Notes: a model not told the origin generated them from the sequence alone. A stretch of 64,000 nucleotides of DNA from Narcine bancroftii (GCF_036971445.1 NC_091471.1:275652001-275716000); one strand, 5' to 3'. Positions 11,571 through 26,097 are shown, numbered from the stretch's first letter. Translations and numbers: made by a program.

Positions 11571-13934
11571 AGTATTTCACGTAAATTTGGATGATTTTCC
11601 ATGCCATTTAGCAGCAGAGAGGCATGCTGCTTCTGCCCAAATCCAAATTAAACCCGTTTACTGAGAAAAGTGTCCTATCAGAAAGGCAAGTTACACTCAA
11701 TTATTTGTTGTTTAGGTTGTTATGCAGGCAAAAACTGCAAAGCTTTAATCTGTATAAATAATATTGTTATTTAGTTATGAACATGGATATTTCTCACAAA
11801 ATGCCATTGATTTTTCATATTTATCATAACACATCCATTCTATTTAACTTGCATGGATTTGATGCATCACAACCCAAAATGCTATTTAAGGATTAAGTAA
11901 TTGCTGTTGTTTGGCATTTGGTATTTCCAGTAACATTCAAAATACCGAGCATCAGAATGCACCGTGTGATCTTTCCAGCTGTCACATTAAGCTTATCCCA
12001 TAGGAAGTTTGAATTTCATTATCAGATACCTTCTGTTTAAAATAAAAAGAGCCTGATGTTACACATAAGCAGCACTGAGATCTCAAGCATGAAAATTCAG
12101 CATTATTTTGGCCCAGGGCAACTTATTTTGCAGAAGCCTTCTTCTGAGGGCAAGCTTCTATTTACCCCGACCATGATGTTTCCATCTTCTGAAGACACTG
12201 TTAGAGAGTTGCCAAAGTGACCATTCTTCATACATTATGCAGAATATCTGCCACCTGTCTATTTGACAGTAGTGACATCACCAGCCAAAACCAATCACGT
12301 TCTCCCCTAACACTCATGTGGGACAGTGAGTTATGGTTCTGCCTCCAATCTCTGGTGGCTCAGGTTTGATCCTTACCTCTCACAGTCCAGGCCATCCTAT
12401 TTCATATGTTCTCTCGTTCTTATCCCATCAACTCCACCTATAATTCCAGCTGCCTTCGAAAAGCAGCCAACATATTGAAAGACTCATCCCACCCCGGCCA
12501 CACTCTTAACAACCTTCTCAAAGTTCAGATTTATTGTCAGAGCACATACATGACATTAAATTTAACCCTGAGATTCTTTTTCCTGCGGGCCAGGCAGAAT
12601 TAGTGTAAACAATAAAACTATACTCAACGTACACATATAAACAAATAAAGAAATGTAAACCAACTGCAATACAGGGAGAGAAGATTCACAAATATGAGAT
12701 CACACACCAACAGATTCAAGGATAGTTTCTTTCCTGTCATTCTGCCTGAATGAGCCTCAAAATAGTAGTTATGTTGCCTTTGCTCCATAACACCTAATGT
12801 AAACCAGAAGTCTGCAGATGTTGGAAAACTGGAGCAACACACAAAATGCTGAAGGAGGAACTCACCGGGCCAGGTAGCATCCATGGAAAGTGAAAGACAT
12901 TTCAGGCCAAAACCCCCCTCAAACAGGAATAGAAAGAACTGGGAAGGCACCCAAAGTGGGTTAGGCAGGAGAGTACAGGTTGGCAGGTGATCAGTGAATT
13001 ATAGGTGTGAGTGGGAAGAAAAGAAAGGAGCTAAGAGGTGATATGTGGAAGGGGCAGAGGGCTGAGAAAGATGCCCCCTGATAGGAGAAAGGAAGGGGAG
13101 GGGGATGGGAGATGTTGGAGGAAGGAGGATGCAGGTGATAGGCACGTTGGGAGTGTAGGGGAAGATAAAAAGAAACAAAATAGGAATAGTCCCAAAGAGA
13201 TATGGGGAAGTGAGATGAAGGGATGAAGAGGCAACTGAAATTGGAGGTCACTATTGATGCTAATGTGGTTTAAGACTACCAAGACACAATATAAGATTCT
13301 GTCCTTGAATTGCAAAGGAACTTTCTGGGCTGAATGATTGAATTGCACAAGCAAGTCAAATTGGATTTTAGTCTTCCATTTGAGGAATTCTGTATCATAT
13401 CTCACAAATGGATGAAAGAGACATTCGATGGTCACACTGAGAGAGCAAATAGGATGGGAGTATAGACCAGTTGAGCTGAGCAGCCTGTTTCTGCACTGTA
13501 GACTTCATTCTTTCTAAAAAAAAATTACATTGCAGAGGCTGTTGCTAAGCAGAACAATTACCATGAGACAAATGATTAGTTAATCAACATTTGTGGTGCA
13601 AATGAGGGAGGAATAATTTGAAGGTCATCAGGCAAACTCCATATCTTGAATTTTTCTAATGCCATTGGGAAAGGTGGACTCTTGTTCTAAATGAAACCTG
13701 AGAGCCATTTTAAGAAGCAACTTTTAAAAGTTATTTTTAAATAAATGCCTATCATAAATCCAGAAATTTAAGCTACACTTACAATATCTTAATTGGAGTT
13801 GAACATTTTGCAAGTTGTAAAATGATTCATAACTCTAGTAACCTGCAGCAAATTTTCCTGAAACAGCTACTTTTGTGCAGGGCAGTTTGGCCATTGATCA
13901 ATTCAGCCAGGATCTAAAATTGACCATGTCCACT

Positions 13935-14690
13935 CTTGGGTTGAAAGGAGCATTGGCTTGCCTGCAGAAAGCAGAGAGTAGTATTAGATGGAATGTATTC
14001 TGCCTGGAAGTTAGTGACTAGTGGAATTCGTGGGAATCTATTCTGGTTCCCTTCCTTTGATTTTTGTAAATGACCTGGACAAAGAAGTAGAAGGATGGGT
14101 TAGTAAGTTTGCAGATGACATGAAAGTTGTCAGAATTTACAACAAGATATAGATAGGATTCGGAGTTGGGAAGAGAAATGGCAGATGGAGTTCAATCCAG
14201 ACAAGTGTGAGGTGATGCATTTTGGATGGTTTGAAATTGGAGTACATGGTTAATGACAGGATTCTTAACAATGTTGAAGAACAGAGGGACCTTTGGGTCC
14301 AAATCCATAGCTCTGCCGAGGTTACCGCGCAGGTTGATAGGGCAGTTAAGAAGACCTATAGTAATTAGGGGATTGAATTCAAGAGCTTCGAGGTAATGCT
14401 GCAGCTCTATAAAACTCTGATTAGACCACATTTGGAATATTGTGTTTAGTTCTGGTTGCTGCATTATAGGAAGCTTTGGAGATGGAGCAGAGGAGATTTA
14501 TCAAGGTAGCGCCTAGACTGGTCTTATGCGCCAAGGTTTACAGAGTTAAGGCTTTTCTTTTTGAAAAAAAGGTGACTTGATTGAAGTCCAAGACATAGGA
14601 TGGGCAGCCAACACCCTTTTCCATAGGGAACAGTTTTAGGGAGACATCAGGGTTAAATAAGAAGTACATTGGAGAATGGTTGCTTCCGAG
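13935..14690 (+). mobile_element. CR1 LINE RT fragment
   Basis: QRVVLDG, NDLD, SKFADD, WQMEFNPDKCEVMHFG and LYKTLIRPHLEYCV motifs readable across frameshifts. Confidence 0.85.
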
Positions 14691-15129
14691 GGACAATGAT
14701 CAATGTTTTAGCTGAAGCTCTTCACCAGGGCTCCCATGAAGAGTTTCGGCTCCAACCGTCAATCATTCCTTTTCTCCCCCCTGATGTTGCCCGACCTGCT
14801 AAGTTTCTCCAAAAGATGGTGTTTTGCAACGATCTAGGCTACCTCACTCGAAAATCCAAATGGCATACCAGTTCCTTTTATTTTTTTTCTTCTTCACTCT
14901 TCAGGGATCTTTAAAGCTTGCTTAGAAATCAAGGAGCAGAAATCCAAAACAACCACATCCATTTCATGAAGCAGAGAAACTGCAGGCGCTGGAATTCTGA
15001 GCAAACAACGGCAACAACCACAGGTAGAAAAACTGTCAACATTCAGCTCAGAACCCTTTACCGAGACTAAAGTGGAAGAAAAAGAGAGGCGGGGATGGGA
15101 GGGGGTTGGAAGAAGCTAAGGAGAGGCTG

Positions 15130-15665
15130 ATAAGAAAATAAGAAACAGGCAGGATTTGGCAGTTAACTCATCCATAACCCTCAATTCCCCTAGTATGCAA
15201 AATCTACATCTCAAAATACATTCAATGAAGCAACCTCAGGTGCTTCCTTGGGTAAAGAATTCCACAGATTCACTCCTCTCTAACAAAACCAGTTCCTTGT
15301 TTCTGTCCTAAATTAACTCCCTGATAATTGAGACAATGTCCCCATGTTCTCTTGTCATCTACAAGTGGAAACAGGTTTCCTCCTTGTATTTTATCTATTC
15401 CTTTCATGATTTTATAGGTTTCTGTAAGATCCCCTCTCATTGTTCAAAACCCCAGCAAGTTTTGTCCCAGGAGACCATCTCTCCTCATATGATCTCTCTG
15501 GAACCAACACCTTCCCTGCACTTACCTCCAAGACCTTTAAATCTTTCTCAAGCCAGAAGACCAGAAATGCACACAATGCTCCAAGTGCAGCTTTACCAGT
15601 TCCCTGTGCAGTTGAGGCAGAATCTTCTTGCATTTGAATTCAATTCCTCTAGCAATGAAGGCTAC
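15130..15665 (-). mobile_element. Old CR1 LINE 3' fragment
   Basis: Reverse strand shows AFIARGIEF, LEHCVHFWS and MRGDLTETYKIMKG remnants. Confidence 0.7.
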
Positions 15666-17434
15666 CATGTAAACTCAAGCACAAAGCAGGTCATCGCAAC
15701 ACTCAATTATGATCAGGGCGCAGACTTCATTTAAATTCAGCTGGTAAGTTGCAGAGGCCAAATGTGCACACTCCAAGCAGCTAGCACAGTGAAAAGCCTA
15801 TTTTGGGGCAGCTCTATCATTGCAAAGCCCCTCATTCAAGTGAGGGGATATATTGGGAAAGGGGAAAAAAATAATTGGCTGCTGTGTGAGGCTCAGATGT
15901 ACAAATAAAGATTGCTTTGCATTCATCAGTGAGGCTCAGGCAGATTGTGCATTGCCCACCTTGCTGCTAAATTAGTTGCATTTACTGCCCAAATTACAGG
16001 TGCTCTCCATGTTCATTTCTGCCTGCGGATTCTTGTGGCAGACCAGTCACTTATAATTGAGAATTCAAATTTAAAAAGTGTAAAGTCATCAGAATTTTAA
16101 AAAAAGTATCTTGTAGATTTTGCCCCAAATTCCAACTCTGGAGTACATGTATATCTGAAGTTTCCCCACTAAGCACTGGTTATTCTATTTAGTATTAACA
16201 TGCCTATGAGAACCATCCTCATCCATCTTGATTTGGGATCCAGCTATTTTTGAAATCAAGGTACAAGTACTTGACTAATTAGCATATAAACAGATAAACT
16301 ATATATTAGGGATTATTTTATAAAATATAAATTTGTAAGTTTGACTCAATTTTACTTTTAGGAATATTGAATCCACTTGCTTTGTCCATATTCTGTTTTT
16401 AGCTATTTCCTCCCACCGCCCCCCCCCCCCCCCCCCCATCTTGGAGAGTCCTGACTTGAGGCTACAACTTTTATCATGCCCAATTTCAAATCCCAGACAT
16501 ACATGTCCAGATGGCGGAGGGCAGCTGCTAGCAAGAAAGAATTAAATGTGAAAGGAATCAGACTGAAACTTCATTAGTGTTGTTTAAGAGATGTGTGCAT
16601 TATTCACTTAGAACATAACAAGCCCGTGTACATGACTGGACCTTGCATCAAACTATACAACATGAATACACTGTAGGAGCTGGAAGCTATATTTATGCAG
16701 GTGTGTCCTTGAAGCAACTCATTAAGGAACTCAATAAATTTATAGCTTTGGCTTATAATTAAAATTGCAGTTTAGTTGTAATGAAATAAAATGGAAAATT
16801 ATTTGAGCATGACTCATTGGCTAAATCACAAAAGTTCCTCTGAGTAAAAATGGTCCAACTTATTTGTGCTATAAAAAGGCTCACACAAAAGGTTTATTAG
16901 TCTGCCAGCAGATTGAATGCCTACAGCAATTCAAGTTTCAAACAGCCAAACAGGTCGTGGGCTGAAATGGCGTAAACTAAAAATGTAGTTGGAGAACGAA
17001 GCATTAGCTTTACTAGACAAATAGTTTTAAACTCAAGATCAACACCCACCTCATTTGCATAGTGCTAAACCTTTCAATTATGAAGCACTCTGTGCATCAT
17101 GGCAAAAGTGAATAGCAGACCTTAAAACCAGATGATAATAAAAACACCCTACAGTGTCTCAAGAATGTACACTGTCTTGGTGTTTCTGGAAACCTCCAGC
17201 ATGAAATGGTTTAATTTAAATGTATACACTGCAAATATTACCCAAGATTCCATCCAATAAGAGCAGATCACATCTCCACACTGCATGGGCCAGTTGCACA
17301 CGACCCTCAATTCTTCAATCTTTCAAAAACTTATCCACTTCATCCAAAAATATTTCCAATGACCTTGGGTCCGTGGTCTTCTGGGCAGTGATGCCTAAAC
17401 ATTTCTTTAAAATGACTCCTGTTGTACTTGTGTA

Positions 17435-17549
17435 CAGTAACAACCCAGTTACCCAGAATTCAAGCAACTAGCCGCCTCAAGCAACTTTGCAGAAAATTCA
17501 CTTATCCGGCATCAACCAATCCTCATAGGTGCATCCAGGGGTTTTACTG
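17435..17549. mobile_element. Short Tigger/pogo-like MITE
   Basis: TA-CAGTAACAACCC ... GGGGTTTTACTG-TA: imperfect TIRs with TA duplication. Confidence 0.6.
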
Positions 17550-18309
17550 TATGCAAATTCTCCCATTGGTAGAAACATCTCAACATCCACCTTGCCATGT
17601 TCCCTTGGGTCCTTACATCTCAATCTTCTAAATTCCAAAGACCCTTCCAATAGAATTGTTTACAATTAGCGTACCAACAAGTAAGACAGGCCATAAATTT
17701 AGCCTGGCAAGAGCTTGTCTAATTTAACCCCAAAATGATTTTGAAATATATTTTTTCCCAGCATAGTGGGAGTCTAAAACTAAAGAGTATAGATTTAAAG
17801 TGAGAGGAGAAAAGTTTAAATGGACCAGAAGGTTGTTGACTAATTGTCATAATTTATAGTTACAAGGCAAGGGGCTTGTCAATTAAAACTGAGGAATGTC
17901 AAAATTTCTTCTCAGAGACAAAGAAATCTCTGGAATTGGAGGAAAGATCATTAGAAATATTTAAAGGTGAAGATGGGTAAACACTTGGAACGATTGAGGA
18001 ATTGTAGTCTCTGAGGAACTAAGATCAGCCTCTTCTGCTCCTTTGACTTGTGTATCACAACATGAAAAATAAATTTCAGTTCAGTAAAATCTTTTTTGAA
18101 AGAACATTTAAAAAAAAAACAAATGTCTGTTAATTATATTACTAAACAGGTCAAGGGAGAGAACAGCAAGCATAAATCACAAAATGCTTCAATAACTCAT
18201 TTTAGTAAGCCTTAACATAAGTTAGGCTTTTTTTGGAAATGCTTTCATTCCCGTTAACACAAACAGAGTATATTTTCTCAATGCCAGGTAACTATTGTTA
18301 CCACTTTGT

Positions 18310-18710
18310 AAATTAATTGAGTCCTGTCTGGCTGCATCATTGCGTGGTATGGTAGCTGTAAAGCATCTGACCATAAGTCATTACAGTAGCTGAGAGGGTG
18401 ACTGGGGTCACACTTTCCTCTAAAAGATGACATTTACTGGGAGTGCTTTCTTAATTGGGCTCAAGGAATTATAGAGTCCTTTTCCATCCAGTGCCCAATA
18501 TCTTCAACCAATGACATTAAGAAAGCACAGGAACATCAAAAATCAGGACTGCCAGGCTGGAGAACAGCTTCTTCCCACAGGCTGAGAATGATGAACAACA
18601 TCCTGTCCATTAAAACCTTTCCAAATTATATGATCATAATCTACAGTGAATTGTTTTGGTGTGACACGGTTTCGTCAAGATACGGACAATCAGATGATAA
18701 TAAACTTGAA
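18310..18710 (+). mobile_element. Rex1/Babar-like LINE 3' fragment
   Basis: IESCLAASLRG/WYG-like segment, RTARLENSFFPQA and AATAAACTTGAA tail. Confidence 0.65.
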
Positions 18711-19103
18711 ACAATCGAGAGGGTCTGCAACAATAGCAGTACGTGTTCACTTTTCCAGCAAATAAAATGGCTCAGTCTAGAATCTAGGTCCTGCACAAAG
18801 AACTCTTTGTTTCTTCGCTGTTTTCATTTAAGTATTTACTCTAAAAACTAGCCTTCTGCAACTATTTTATATTTCCTCCATCATCTGCATCTGTCTGTGT
18901 TTTCCAATGAGGACCGGAGAATGCTGTTTCGTTGGATTGTACTTCTACAATCAGATGACAATGAACTTGACTTCTTCTCCACACTTACACTGTTGAGCGT
19001 TAGCAGCAATGAAAATGTGACAAAGCTTATATTATCAAGATCACGAAAGCTCATTAGGACAACCATGTATAAAACTGCAAGGTATAAAACCATGAGAATG
19101 AAG

Positions 19104-19300
19104 TGTAACGACACTCATTTACCACAGAATACACTCAGTCATTTCTTTCAGCATACCAATGAAGTCGACTTTCTTTATTATTCAATGGACAACATTGCAC
19201 TCTTCAATTCCCCAAACACCACCGACCTCATTAACTTACTGGCACACGGGTGATCCTGACTCTCTCCCCTCTCTGAGATTCATCACCCGTATAACCCTAA
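19104..19300 (-). repeat. 3' LTR of the Gypsy element
   Basis: Starts TGTAACG; shares CACT.ATTTACCA, TTTCTTTCAGC, TTTATTATTCA, TCTTCAA.TCCCCAAACAC and CTGAGATTCATCACCC with 31578-31818; polypurine tract adjacent on the minus strand. Confidence 0.8.
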
Positions 19301-20524
19301 CTACCCACCCCCCCCCCCGCCCCCTCACCAGCCTCTGAGCCATGCAAGGAGGTCACTGATTGGAACTGTTCCACTATGTAACTGTTTGGAGATGACAGTT
19401 CAGCCTGAATTCGTACAATAATGCAAGACAGGCAATGTGCGGTCCGACTGTCAAGGGACCGATTGGTCCTCTGACTGACGCAGAACATGGACCATTGAAA
19501 TACGCCAGCTTCAACCTGTCAATGGAAACAGTGTCAGCTTTTCCATTCTTGTTGATCACAAAAGTCTTCAGGTGGCATCGCAAGACCTGAAAAGGACCAT
19601 TGTAAACAGGCTGAAGAGATTTGTGAACAGCATTCGCCAGAGGAACACAAGTCCAGCAATAATAAATCATTCAGTCTGCCACGTAGTAGGTGGAGTAATT
19701 TCATGTATTCCTGAAGACGATCAATATAACTAGCCAGATCATAGACCATTGTGCTTGGACTCGGATTCACAAACTCGCCTGGCAAGGTTAATGTAGTGCC
19801 ATATAGTTCAGCCGCCAAACATCTAAGATCTGCCTTAACAGCAGTACTCACAGCAAGGAGAAGGGGCAAACGTTCGCTCCCAGTAAATGCATCACCATAT
19901 ACAATGGAAACGTTCAAAGAAGCCGTTGGTCTGCGGATGATGCCATAGTGCAAATACAAATAGGGGTGTGTGCTTGTACTTGCAGGATGTGTAAGAGGAT
20001 GATGGTCTGTATAAATAAGGACGACCTTCCAATAAAAAGCAGAAATGTTTTACTGTGAGATAAATGGCCAAGAGTTCTCAACCAAACGTACTATACTTTG
20101 CCTGAGCCAGTGACAGCTTGGTTGAAAACCCCAGGAGTTCCCATTGCCCATGAACTCATTGTTCTAACAGAGCAGTGACAGATACATCTATGGAAAGAGA
20201 GAGCAAGGCATTGGGTTTTGATGTAAGAGCATCGTGGCATTTGCAAGCATAGTCTTTACATCATTGAAAACCTGCACGGGCATCATCTCCCACAGTTAAT
20301 GGCCTTTTGGACTGACTTATCAGATCCTTTTAAGGGGTAATAGAGATGCTGCAGCATTCAGCAATAAAAATTGATCATGTCTAAAAAATGTCGCAACTGG
20401 GCAAACATAACAGTGTAGGAAATTCTTGAATCTCTTGCACTTATTATTCATCAGGCAAAATACCTTGTTGTGTAACTCTAATGTCCCAAAAAATACAAGA
20501 CCAGCAGTGCCAAAAACACATTTA

Positions 20525-21392
20525 CAGGCAGTCCCTGTGTTGCGAACGTCCAATTTACGGACAACTCGTACTTATGAATTGACTGTTCCTCCAATTCGCA
20601 CATGCGCATAATGTTACCTCATGAATGCCCCTTCTGGTATGCAAGATATTGATGGAATGAGAGTTAACTTTTAATCATGATCTTTCTTCTTTTTTGCATA
20701 GAAAGATAAAATATATACAATGAATGTTTGACTTCTTATTTGGCTTGGCTTCGCAGATGAAGATTTATGGAGGGGTATGTCCACGTCAGCTGCAGGCTCA
20801 TTGGTGACTGACAAGTCCGATGCGGGACAGGCAGACACGGTTGCAAGGGAAAATTGGTTGGTTGGGTGTTGGGTTTTTCCTCCTTTGTCTTTTGTCAGTG
20901 AGGTGGGCTCTGCGGTCTTCTTCAAAGGAGGTTGCTGCCCGCCGAACTGTGAGGCGCCAAGATGCACGGTTGGAGGTGAGATCAGCCCACTGGCGGTGGT
21001 CAATGTGGTAGGCACCAAGAGATTTCTTTAAGCAGTCCTTGTACCTCTTCTTTGGTGCATCTCTGTCTCAGTGGCCAGTGGAGAGCTCACCATAGGACAC
21101 GATCTTGGGAAGGTGATGGTCCTCCATTCTGGAGACGTGACCCACCCCGCGCAGTTGGGTCTTCAGCAGCATGGATTCGATGCTTGCGGACTCTGCCAGC
21201 TCGAGTACTTCGATGTTGGTGATGAAGTCATTCCAATGAATGTTGAGGATGGAGCGGAGACAGCGCTGATGGAAGCTTTCTAGGAACGTTTGACTAACTG
21301 ACACTAAAAACCCGTATGAACCTGTTCCGACTTACACATTTGGCTTGGACAGATTTAAGAATGGAACTCGATCGTAACCTGGGGACTGCCTG
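20525..21392. mobile_element. Tigger/pogo-like MITE (interrupted by an RTE LINE)
   Basis: TA-CAGGCAGTCCCTGTGTTGCGAACG ... CGATCGTAACCTGGGGACTGCCTG-TA: ~24-bp imperfect TIRs with TA TSD. Confidence 0.85.
20734..21284 (-). mobile_element. RTE-clade LINE 3' fragment
   Basis: FHQRCLRSILNIHWNDFITNIEVLE...LR..GHVSRMEDHHLPKIV.YGEL (ORF 21068..21304); GCCAAGCCAAA tail; near-perfect 12-bp TSD GAA(T/C)GTTTGACT at 20722-20733 and 21284-21295. Confidence 0.9.
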
Positions 21393-22308
21393 TACTGGGA
21401 TTGTTCACAATGCCAAACTCATTAAGCCTCTGAAACAATGAGATAAGGTGGGAATTGCGCTCCTCCTCATCTATGCTTTCAACCTGAATATCAATGTAAG
21501 CAAACACAAGAGAGGCCAATGACTACATGGCCCAAAACCAATGGAATGTTTGAGCAGCATTCCATACATCAAATGACATTTGCAGAAACTCAAAGTGGCA
21601 ATTACTGCCATCTTGGCAACATCGAAAGGCTCAACTGGAATCCGTAAACACATACTAGATCTATTTTTGCAAATACACATTTGCCGTGGAGGTTTGCTGA
21701 AAAGACTTGCAAGTCTCCAGGTCCTGACAAGATATTCCATGGGACCTTGAGAGAGGTTAATGTAGAAATAGTAGAGGCTTTGAAGGAGATATTTAAAATG
21801 TAATTAGTAACAGGAATGGTGTCAGAGGATTGGAGGGTAGCTCATGTAGTTACATTATTTAAAAAAGGGTGCTCGGAGCAAATCTAGTAATTATAGGTCT
21901 GTAAGTTTGGGGTCAGTAATGAGTAAGTTAATGGAAAGTCTTCTTAGAGATGGCATATATAAATATTTGGATAGGCAGGGTTTGATTAGGAACAGTCAAC
22001 ACAGATTTGTGAGGGGAAGATCATGTTTGACAAATCTTAGAATTTTTTTTTTCTTTTTTATAATTTTTTTATTTTTCACACCATAAATCACAATAGCCAT
22101 GATATACACTTTTTCTTTTTCACACATTTACAGTGACTTTTTCTCCCCCCCCTCCCTCCTCCCAAGCCACCCCCCCACCCCCCCTCTCATCCATTTTAGG
22201 TATACAATCTAGGTTGCATTAATTCAGTCAGACAATGTTGTCATTCAACAAAAATACACCAGAAATTCTACAGAGTCCATTCTTTTCTTTCCTTCTCTTT
22301 CCATCAGC

Positions 22309-25300
22309 TTAGGTAATGTTTGTCCCCGGTAGGTTTTCGCTATTGTATTTAATGTAAGGCTCCCATACTTGTTCGAATATTTCAATATTATTTCTTAAAC
22401 TATATGTTATTTTTTCTAATGGAATACATTTATTCATTTCTATATACCATTGTTGTATTTTCAAATTATCTTCCAATTTCCAGGTTGACATAATACATTT
22501 TTTTGCTACGGCTAGGGCTATCTTAACAAATCTTTTTTGTGCATCTTCCAAGTCAATTCCAAATTCTTTATTTTTTATGTTACTTAGGAGAAAGATCTCT
22601 GGATTCTTTGGTATATTGTTTTCTGTTATTTTATTTAATATCTGATTGAGATCATCCCAAAATTTTTCTACTTTCTCACATGTCCAGATTGCATGAATTG
22701 TTGTTCCCCTTTCTTTTTTACATCGAAAACATCTATCAGATACTGTTGGGTCCCATTTATTTAACTTTTGCGGTGTAATGTATAGTCTGTGTAACCAATT
22801 ATATTGTATCATACGCAGCCTCGTATTTATTGTATTTCTCATCGTTCCAGAACATAATTTCTCCCATGTTTCCTTTTTTATCTTTATATTTAAATCTTGT
22901 TCCCATTTTTGTTTAGTTTTACCATTTGTTTCCTCATTCTCCTTTTCTTGCAGTTTAATATACATATTTGTTATAAATCTTTTGATTAACATTGTATCTG
23001 TAATCACATATTCAAGGTTACTTCCCTCTGGTAAACTCAAATTGCTTCCTAATTTATCTTTCAAGTAGGATCTCAGTTGGTAATATGCCAGCGCTGTATC
23101 TCCAGTTATATTGTACTTATCTCTCATTTGTTCAAAAATAAGAATCTACTTCCTGAAAAACAATTTTCTATTCTTTTAATCCCTTTTTTTTCCCATTTTC
23201 TAAAGGAAAGGTTGTCTATTGTAAAAGGGAGTAGCTTATTTTGCGTCAATATTAGTTTTGGTATTTGATAATTTGTTTTATTTCTTTCTACATGAATCTT
23301 CTTCCATATATTGAGGAGATGGTGTAATACTGGAGAAGTTCTATGTTGTACCAATTTTTCATCCCATTTATATAATATGTGTTCAGGTACCTTTTCCCCT
23401 ATTTTATCTAATTCTAATCTCGTCCAGTCTGGTTTTTCCCTTGTTTGATAAAAATCTGATAGGTATCTTAATTGTGCGGCTCTATAATAATTTTTGAAGT
23501 TTGGCAATTGTAAGCCTCCTTGTTTATACCATTCTGTTAATTTATCTAGTGCTATCCTCGGTTTCCCCCCCTCTCCATAAAAATTTCCTTATTATTTTCT
23601 TTAACTCTTTGAAGAATTTTTCTGTCAGTTGTATTGGCAATGCCTGAAATAAGTATAGTATCCTTGGAAAAATGTTCATTTTAATACAGTTTATCCTTCC
23701 TATCAGTGTTAGTGGTAGCTCTTTCCAATGCTCTAAATCGTCCTGTAATTTTTTCATTAGTGGATTGTAATTGAGTTTATATAATTGGCCTAGATTTTTG
23801 TTTATTTGCACACCTAGGTATCTTATTGCCTGCATTTGCCATCTGAATGGGGATTCCTCCTTAAATTTTGAGAAATCCGCGTTATTCATAGGCATTGCTT
23901 CACTTTTATTTACGTTTATCTTGTATCCCGACACTTCTCCATATTCCTTCAATTTCTTATATAATTCTTTTATTGATAGTTCTGGTTCTGTTAAGTACAC
24001 TATCACATCATCCGCAAATAGACTGATTTTATATTCCCTGTCTTTTATTTTTATTCCTTTTATATTATTATCTATTCTTATCGATTCTGCTAGTGGTTCT
24101 ATAGCTAGCGCAAACAATAAAGGTGATAGTGGGCATCCCTGCCGCGTTGACCTGCTTAAGTTAAATTGCTTTGATACATGTCCATTTACTGTCACTTTCG
24201 CTAACGGTCCCTTATATAATGCTTTAATCCAATTAATATACTTCTCCGGTAAACTGAATTTTTGCAATACTTTGAACAAGTAATTCCATTCTACTCTGTC
24301 GAAGGCCTTCTCTGCGTCTAAAGCAACTGCTACTGCAGGTGCTTTATTTCCTTCTACTGCATGAATTAAGTTAATAAATTTACAAATATTGTCTGTTGTG
24401 CGTCTTTTTTTGATAAATCCAGTTTGGTCTAAATTTACCATTTTCGGTACCTGTTCTGCTAATCTGTTTGCTAATAGTTTAGCTATTATCTTATAATCTG
24501 TGTTTTGCAGAGATATTGGTCTATATGACGCTGGTGAGAGTGGATCTTTCCCTTGTTTTAGTATCACTGTAATTATTGCTGTTTTACATGAATCTGGTAA
24601 GTTTTGTGTCTCATCAATCTGGTTGATTACATCCAGGAGGGGCGGATCTTTAAATGTTTTGTAGAATTCTATTGGGAGTCCATCCTCTCCTGGTGTCTTA
24701 TTATTTGGTAATTTTTTTATTATCTCTTGTATTTCTACTGTTCCAAATGGTTCTGTTAATTTATTTTGTTCCTCTATTTGTAGTTTTGGTAGTTCAATTT
24801 TAGTCACAAATTCATCTATTTTCCCTTCTTTCCCTTCGTTTTCAGTTCGGTATAATTGTTCATAGAATTCTCTGAAGTTTTCCTTAATTTCTTTTGGATT
24901 ATATGTAATTTGTTTGTCTTTTTTCCTTGTTGCCAATACCATTTTCTTAGTTTGCTCTGTCTTAAGCTGCCATGCTAAGATTTTGTGTGTTTTTTCACCT
25001 CGTTCATAATATTTCTGTTTTGTCTTCATTATATTCTTCTCCACCTTATATGTTTGTAATATTTCATATTTTATTTTTTTATCCACCAATTCTTTTCTTT
25101 TGGTTGTATCTTCCTTTATTGCTAATTTTTTTTCTATGTTTATTATTTCCCTTTCCAACTGCTCTGTTTCCTGATTATAGTCCTTCTTCATCTTGGTTGC
25201 ATAACTTATTATTTGTCCTCTAATGAATGCTTTCATTGCGTCCCATAGTATAAACTTATCTTCCACTGATTCCGTATTTACTTCAAAGTACATTTTTAAT

Positions 25301-26097
25301 TGTTTTTCAATAAATTCTCTAAAATCCTGTCTTTTAAGTAGCATGGGGTTTAATCTCCATCTATACATTCTTGGAGGGATGTCCTCTAGCTTTACTGTCA
25401 GTATTAAGGGTGAATGGTCCGATAGCATTCTCGCTTTATATTCTGTTTTTCTTACTCTATCCTGCATACGAGCTGATAACAAAAATAGGTCTATTCTTGA
25501 GTATGTTTTATGTCTAGTCAAGTAGTATGAGTATTCCTTTTCTTTTGGGTTTTGTTTCCTCCATATGTCCACAAGTTTCATTTCTTGCATTGATTTAATT
25601 ATAAATTTGGTTACTTTGTTCTTCCTGTTAATTTTTTTCCCCGTTTTATCCATATTTGGATCCAAATTCAGATTGAAATCCCCTCCTATTAGTATGTTCC
25701 CTTGCATATTAGCTACCTTCAAAAAGATATCTTGCATAAACTTTTGATCTTCTTCATTAGGTGAATATATATTAAGTAGATTCCAAAGCTCCGAATATAT
25801 CTGACATTTTATCATAACATATCTCCCTGCTGGATCTATTATTTCCTCTTCTATTTTAAATGGCACATTTTTGCTAATTAATATAGCCACTCCTCTTGCT
25901 TTTGAATTATATGATGCTGCTGTTACATGTCCTACCCAATCTCTCTTTAATTTCTTGTGCTTCAATTCAGTTAAGTGTGTTTCTTGGACAAATGCTATAT
26001 CTATTTTTTCCTTTTTCAGTAAATTTAGTAGTTTCTTCCTTTTAATTTGGTTATGTATTCCATTAATATTTAAAGTCATATAGTTTAGCGTAGCCAT
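22309..26097 (-). pseudogene. L1 ORF2 (APE endonuclease, reverse transcriptase, CCHC domain), two frameshifts
   Basis: TLNINGI, FVQETH, GGDFN, SRIDLF, SDHSP (EN); DAEKAFDRVEW, TRQGCPLSP, LFADD, YLG (RT); CFRC...H..W.C (C-terminus). Split into ORFs 23542..26097, 23124..23507 and 22309..23127 by a +1 at the C7 run 23565-23571 and a -1 at the A5 run 23134-23138. Confidence 0.95.
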
